Source of the DNA: Eimeria praecox
Taxonomy: Eukaryota
Assembly (NCBI GenBank): GCA_963920595.1
Contig: OY986947.1
Coordinates: 2,852,001 to 2,916,000, forward strand
Length of the DNA: 64,000 nucleotides
Reading direction: 5' to 3'
A program made the position numbers and the translations under genes. Below, piece after piece: positions 62,172 through 64,000 of this stretch. Every line of letters starts with the position of its first letter. The first letter of the stretch is position 1. Under the pieces are notes generated by a model, which was given only the letters and a program-made list of their open reading frames with translations, did no database searches and was not told the DNA's origin.

Positions 62172-64000
62172 ATGGATTTTGCAAATAAGGGGGAATGTGG
62201 CGAAGGCCTCTACGGTCTATGGCCCGAACAAATCGTGGCCTCGTCCACTAGGAAGATGAAAATGAAATATTCTTCTTCTTCCTTCTCAACAACTTCAAAG
62301 ATGAGAATGTCTGCCATTTTAATTGGCTGCATCGTAGTGGCCTTTCCTATACCATGCCTGGGGCACTTTCTCCCCGCCACGCTGCGACAGCAGGACCTGC
62401 GCCAACACGAATTCAGTATGGATCCTTTCAGCTTTGCAGATGAAGAAATATCTAACAATCAAGAGAAAAAACACGATCTTGCTCGCAGTCTTGGTCTTAT
62501 AAATGATGATTTTGAAGATGCAGCTGAGGACGAAAGAACAAGGAACTCCTCCTCTGGAAGCCACGGCGAGTTGGCAGAATGGTATGCAGGGGTTCTCGAG
62601 AAACTTGAACGTATAACTAGACACGAAGATCCAGATCAGGAATGGGTGAATATACACCTCGAACCGGCTGTTGTCGATCGTGGTGATGAGCTGCCAGCAA
62701 CTCCTTGGAGAATCTCTCATACATCTCGTTTCCGCCCTACCTTTCAGGACGAGCCACCTGGCCTTCATTCTGCTTTACAAATCGCAGCTAAGGAAGGCTC
62801 TAAAGCGCATGCAGCTTCTTCCTCAGCAAACATGTCGCTGCTACAGGAGGCTGGAGAAACGGAGAAGGCGCGGAAATCATCAGAAACTGCACATGCAGGC
62901 CTCAAGGGAAGCCATTTAAATGGAAATATGTTCGCTAAAGGAGTGGGAGATTTTCAGGTAATTGAAGAGGAAAATGCATTGGATACGGATTCTATTGTTA
63001 CTATTTTGTACAATTTCCCTCTACAGACGATGGAAAGCAAGCAAATTGCCTTTGTTGTTGTGGCACTTCCACCCAAGTATGTAACAAGGGAAGGCGACGC
63101 CATATGCGATTCCACAGATCCTGAGATGCCTCCTTTGAAGTGTTCAACAAGAAAAGCCTATATGAAGAATAGACCTGGGAGTTTAAGCACTTTCGTAACG
63201 ATTTCTAGTGCAGATAGTTCAAGAAGTCTGCCGCTGGGTCGACATTCGTTTCGTTTAGCTGTACATACACCTCAGGAAACGCTTTCAGTAGAGCAGCCAG
63301 CAAACTGGTGGTTTGCTACTTTCCGTTTCACTGGAGGCCACGCCATCACTAAACACTGGGAAAATCGGAAATTAATAAGCAAAAGAGGCTGCATATGGGG
63401 GGAATGGAGACAAGAAACTCCTTGCAGCACTACGTGTGGTGGCGGTTTCGAGGTGTGGAGCCGCAGTCTGTATGCAGGGGAAAGCGAAGAACTTTGCGGT
63501 GGTTCGTTCATGAAAAGACGTTGTCAAGCTCATGAATGTAGTTTAAACTGTCAGCTTGGTGAATGGGAGACGATGGCAGACTGTACAAAGAGTTGTCAGG
63601 CTACAGAAAATGATGCTTTCAAGATACGAATACGGAAAGTTCTAATGGATCGAAGAGGATTTGGTAGTTCTTGTGCTGAAATGCATCCATGGGATGCAGA
63701 TCTTGGTGTTGGATGGAGTGAAAAGATGCAAGCTGTTGTAAGTTTATCGCCTTGTGCAGAAAAATTTAAACAAGCTTGTCCCGAAATGTTAGGATGCCGT
63801 GTTGAAGAAACCAACACTCGAACTATCCCAGATGCCTTTCCTTGGGGGGCTTGTCCCTTTCCTTGTGGTGGATTTGGCCGTATAACTTCTATTGTTCAAG
63901 TTGCAAATGGCATACCACGTTGGATAGGAGAGAAACAATTTCCGGAAAGCTTTCAAATACCCTGTAGAGCAGATAAAGAACCCCTCGTCTCTACTCGCCC
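62172..64000 (+). CDS. Secreted or surface thrombospondin type-1 (TSP1/TSR) repeat protein, 5' part only, running off the window end; candidate micronemal or apical adhesin
   Basis: Stop-free frame from ATG 62172 to 64000, with in-frame ATGs at 62256 and 62301. A hydrophobic signal-like segment MRMSAILIGCIVVAFPIPCLG starts at 62301. TSR motifs: CIWGEWRQETPCSTTCGGGFEVWSR, CQLGEWETMADCTKSC..IRIRKV and PWGACPFPCGG. Confidence 0.85.
   Translation, partial: MDFANKGECGEGLYGLWPEQIVASSTRKMKMKYSSSSFSTTSKMRMSAILIGCIVVAFPIPCLGHFLPATLRQQDLRQHEFSMDPFSFADEEISNNQEKKHDLARSLGLINDDFEDAAEDERTRNSSSGSHGELAEWYAGVLEKLERITRHEDPDQEWVNIHLEPAVVDRGDELPATPWRISHTSRFRPTFQDEPPGLHSALQIAAKEGSKAHAASSSANMSLLQEAGETEKARKSSETAHAGLKGSHLNGNMFAKGVGDFQVIEEENALDTDSIVTILYNFPLQTMESKQIAFVVVALPPKYVTREGDAICDSTDPEMPPLKCSTRKAYMKNRPGSLSTFVTISSADSSRSLPLGRHSFRLAVHTPQETLSVEQPANWWFATFRFTGGHAITKHWENRKLISKRGCIWGEWRQETPCSTTCGGGFEVWSRSLYAGESEELCGGSFMKRRCQAHECSLNCQLGEWETMADCTKSCQATENDAFKIRIRKVLMDRRGFGSSCAEMHPWDADLGVGWSEKMQAVVSLSPCAEKFKQACPEMLGCRVEETNTRTIPDAFPWGACPFPCGGFGRITSIVQVANGIPRWIGEKQFPESFQIPCRADKEPLVSTR

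Overview
Eukaryotic, coccidian (very probably Eimeria) genomic DNA. The call rests on abundant CAG repeats, interstitial AAACCCT telomere-like heptamers, TGCATGCA octamers and a degenerate chromovirus-type LTR retrotransposon. Bases 1 to ~48,400 are poor in CAG and telomere-like repeats and contain no intact gene I can support. They hold an 8.7-kb tandem array of 11 units (~712 or ~853 bp, apparently 5-mer and 6-mer higher-order repeats of a ~140-bp ancestral monomer), a near-identical 1,079-bp direct duplication, a ~760-bp AT/ATAGAT microsatellite, an orphan first exon of a secreted-type protein with an RxLxE motif, and a decayed Ty3/gypsy pol on the minus strand. Bases ~48,500-61,300 are CAG-rich and carry one ~10-exon minus-strand gene for a ~2,000-aa membrane-anchored alpha/beta hydrolase. 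Divergent from it, an intronless TSP1-domain secreted protein ORF starts near 62.2 kb and runs off the window end; it is absent from the ORF track. All gene models were read by hand and no database searches were run.
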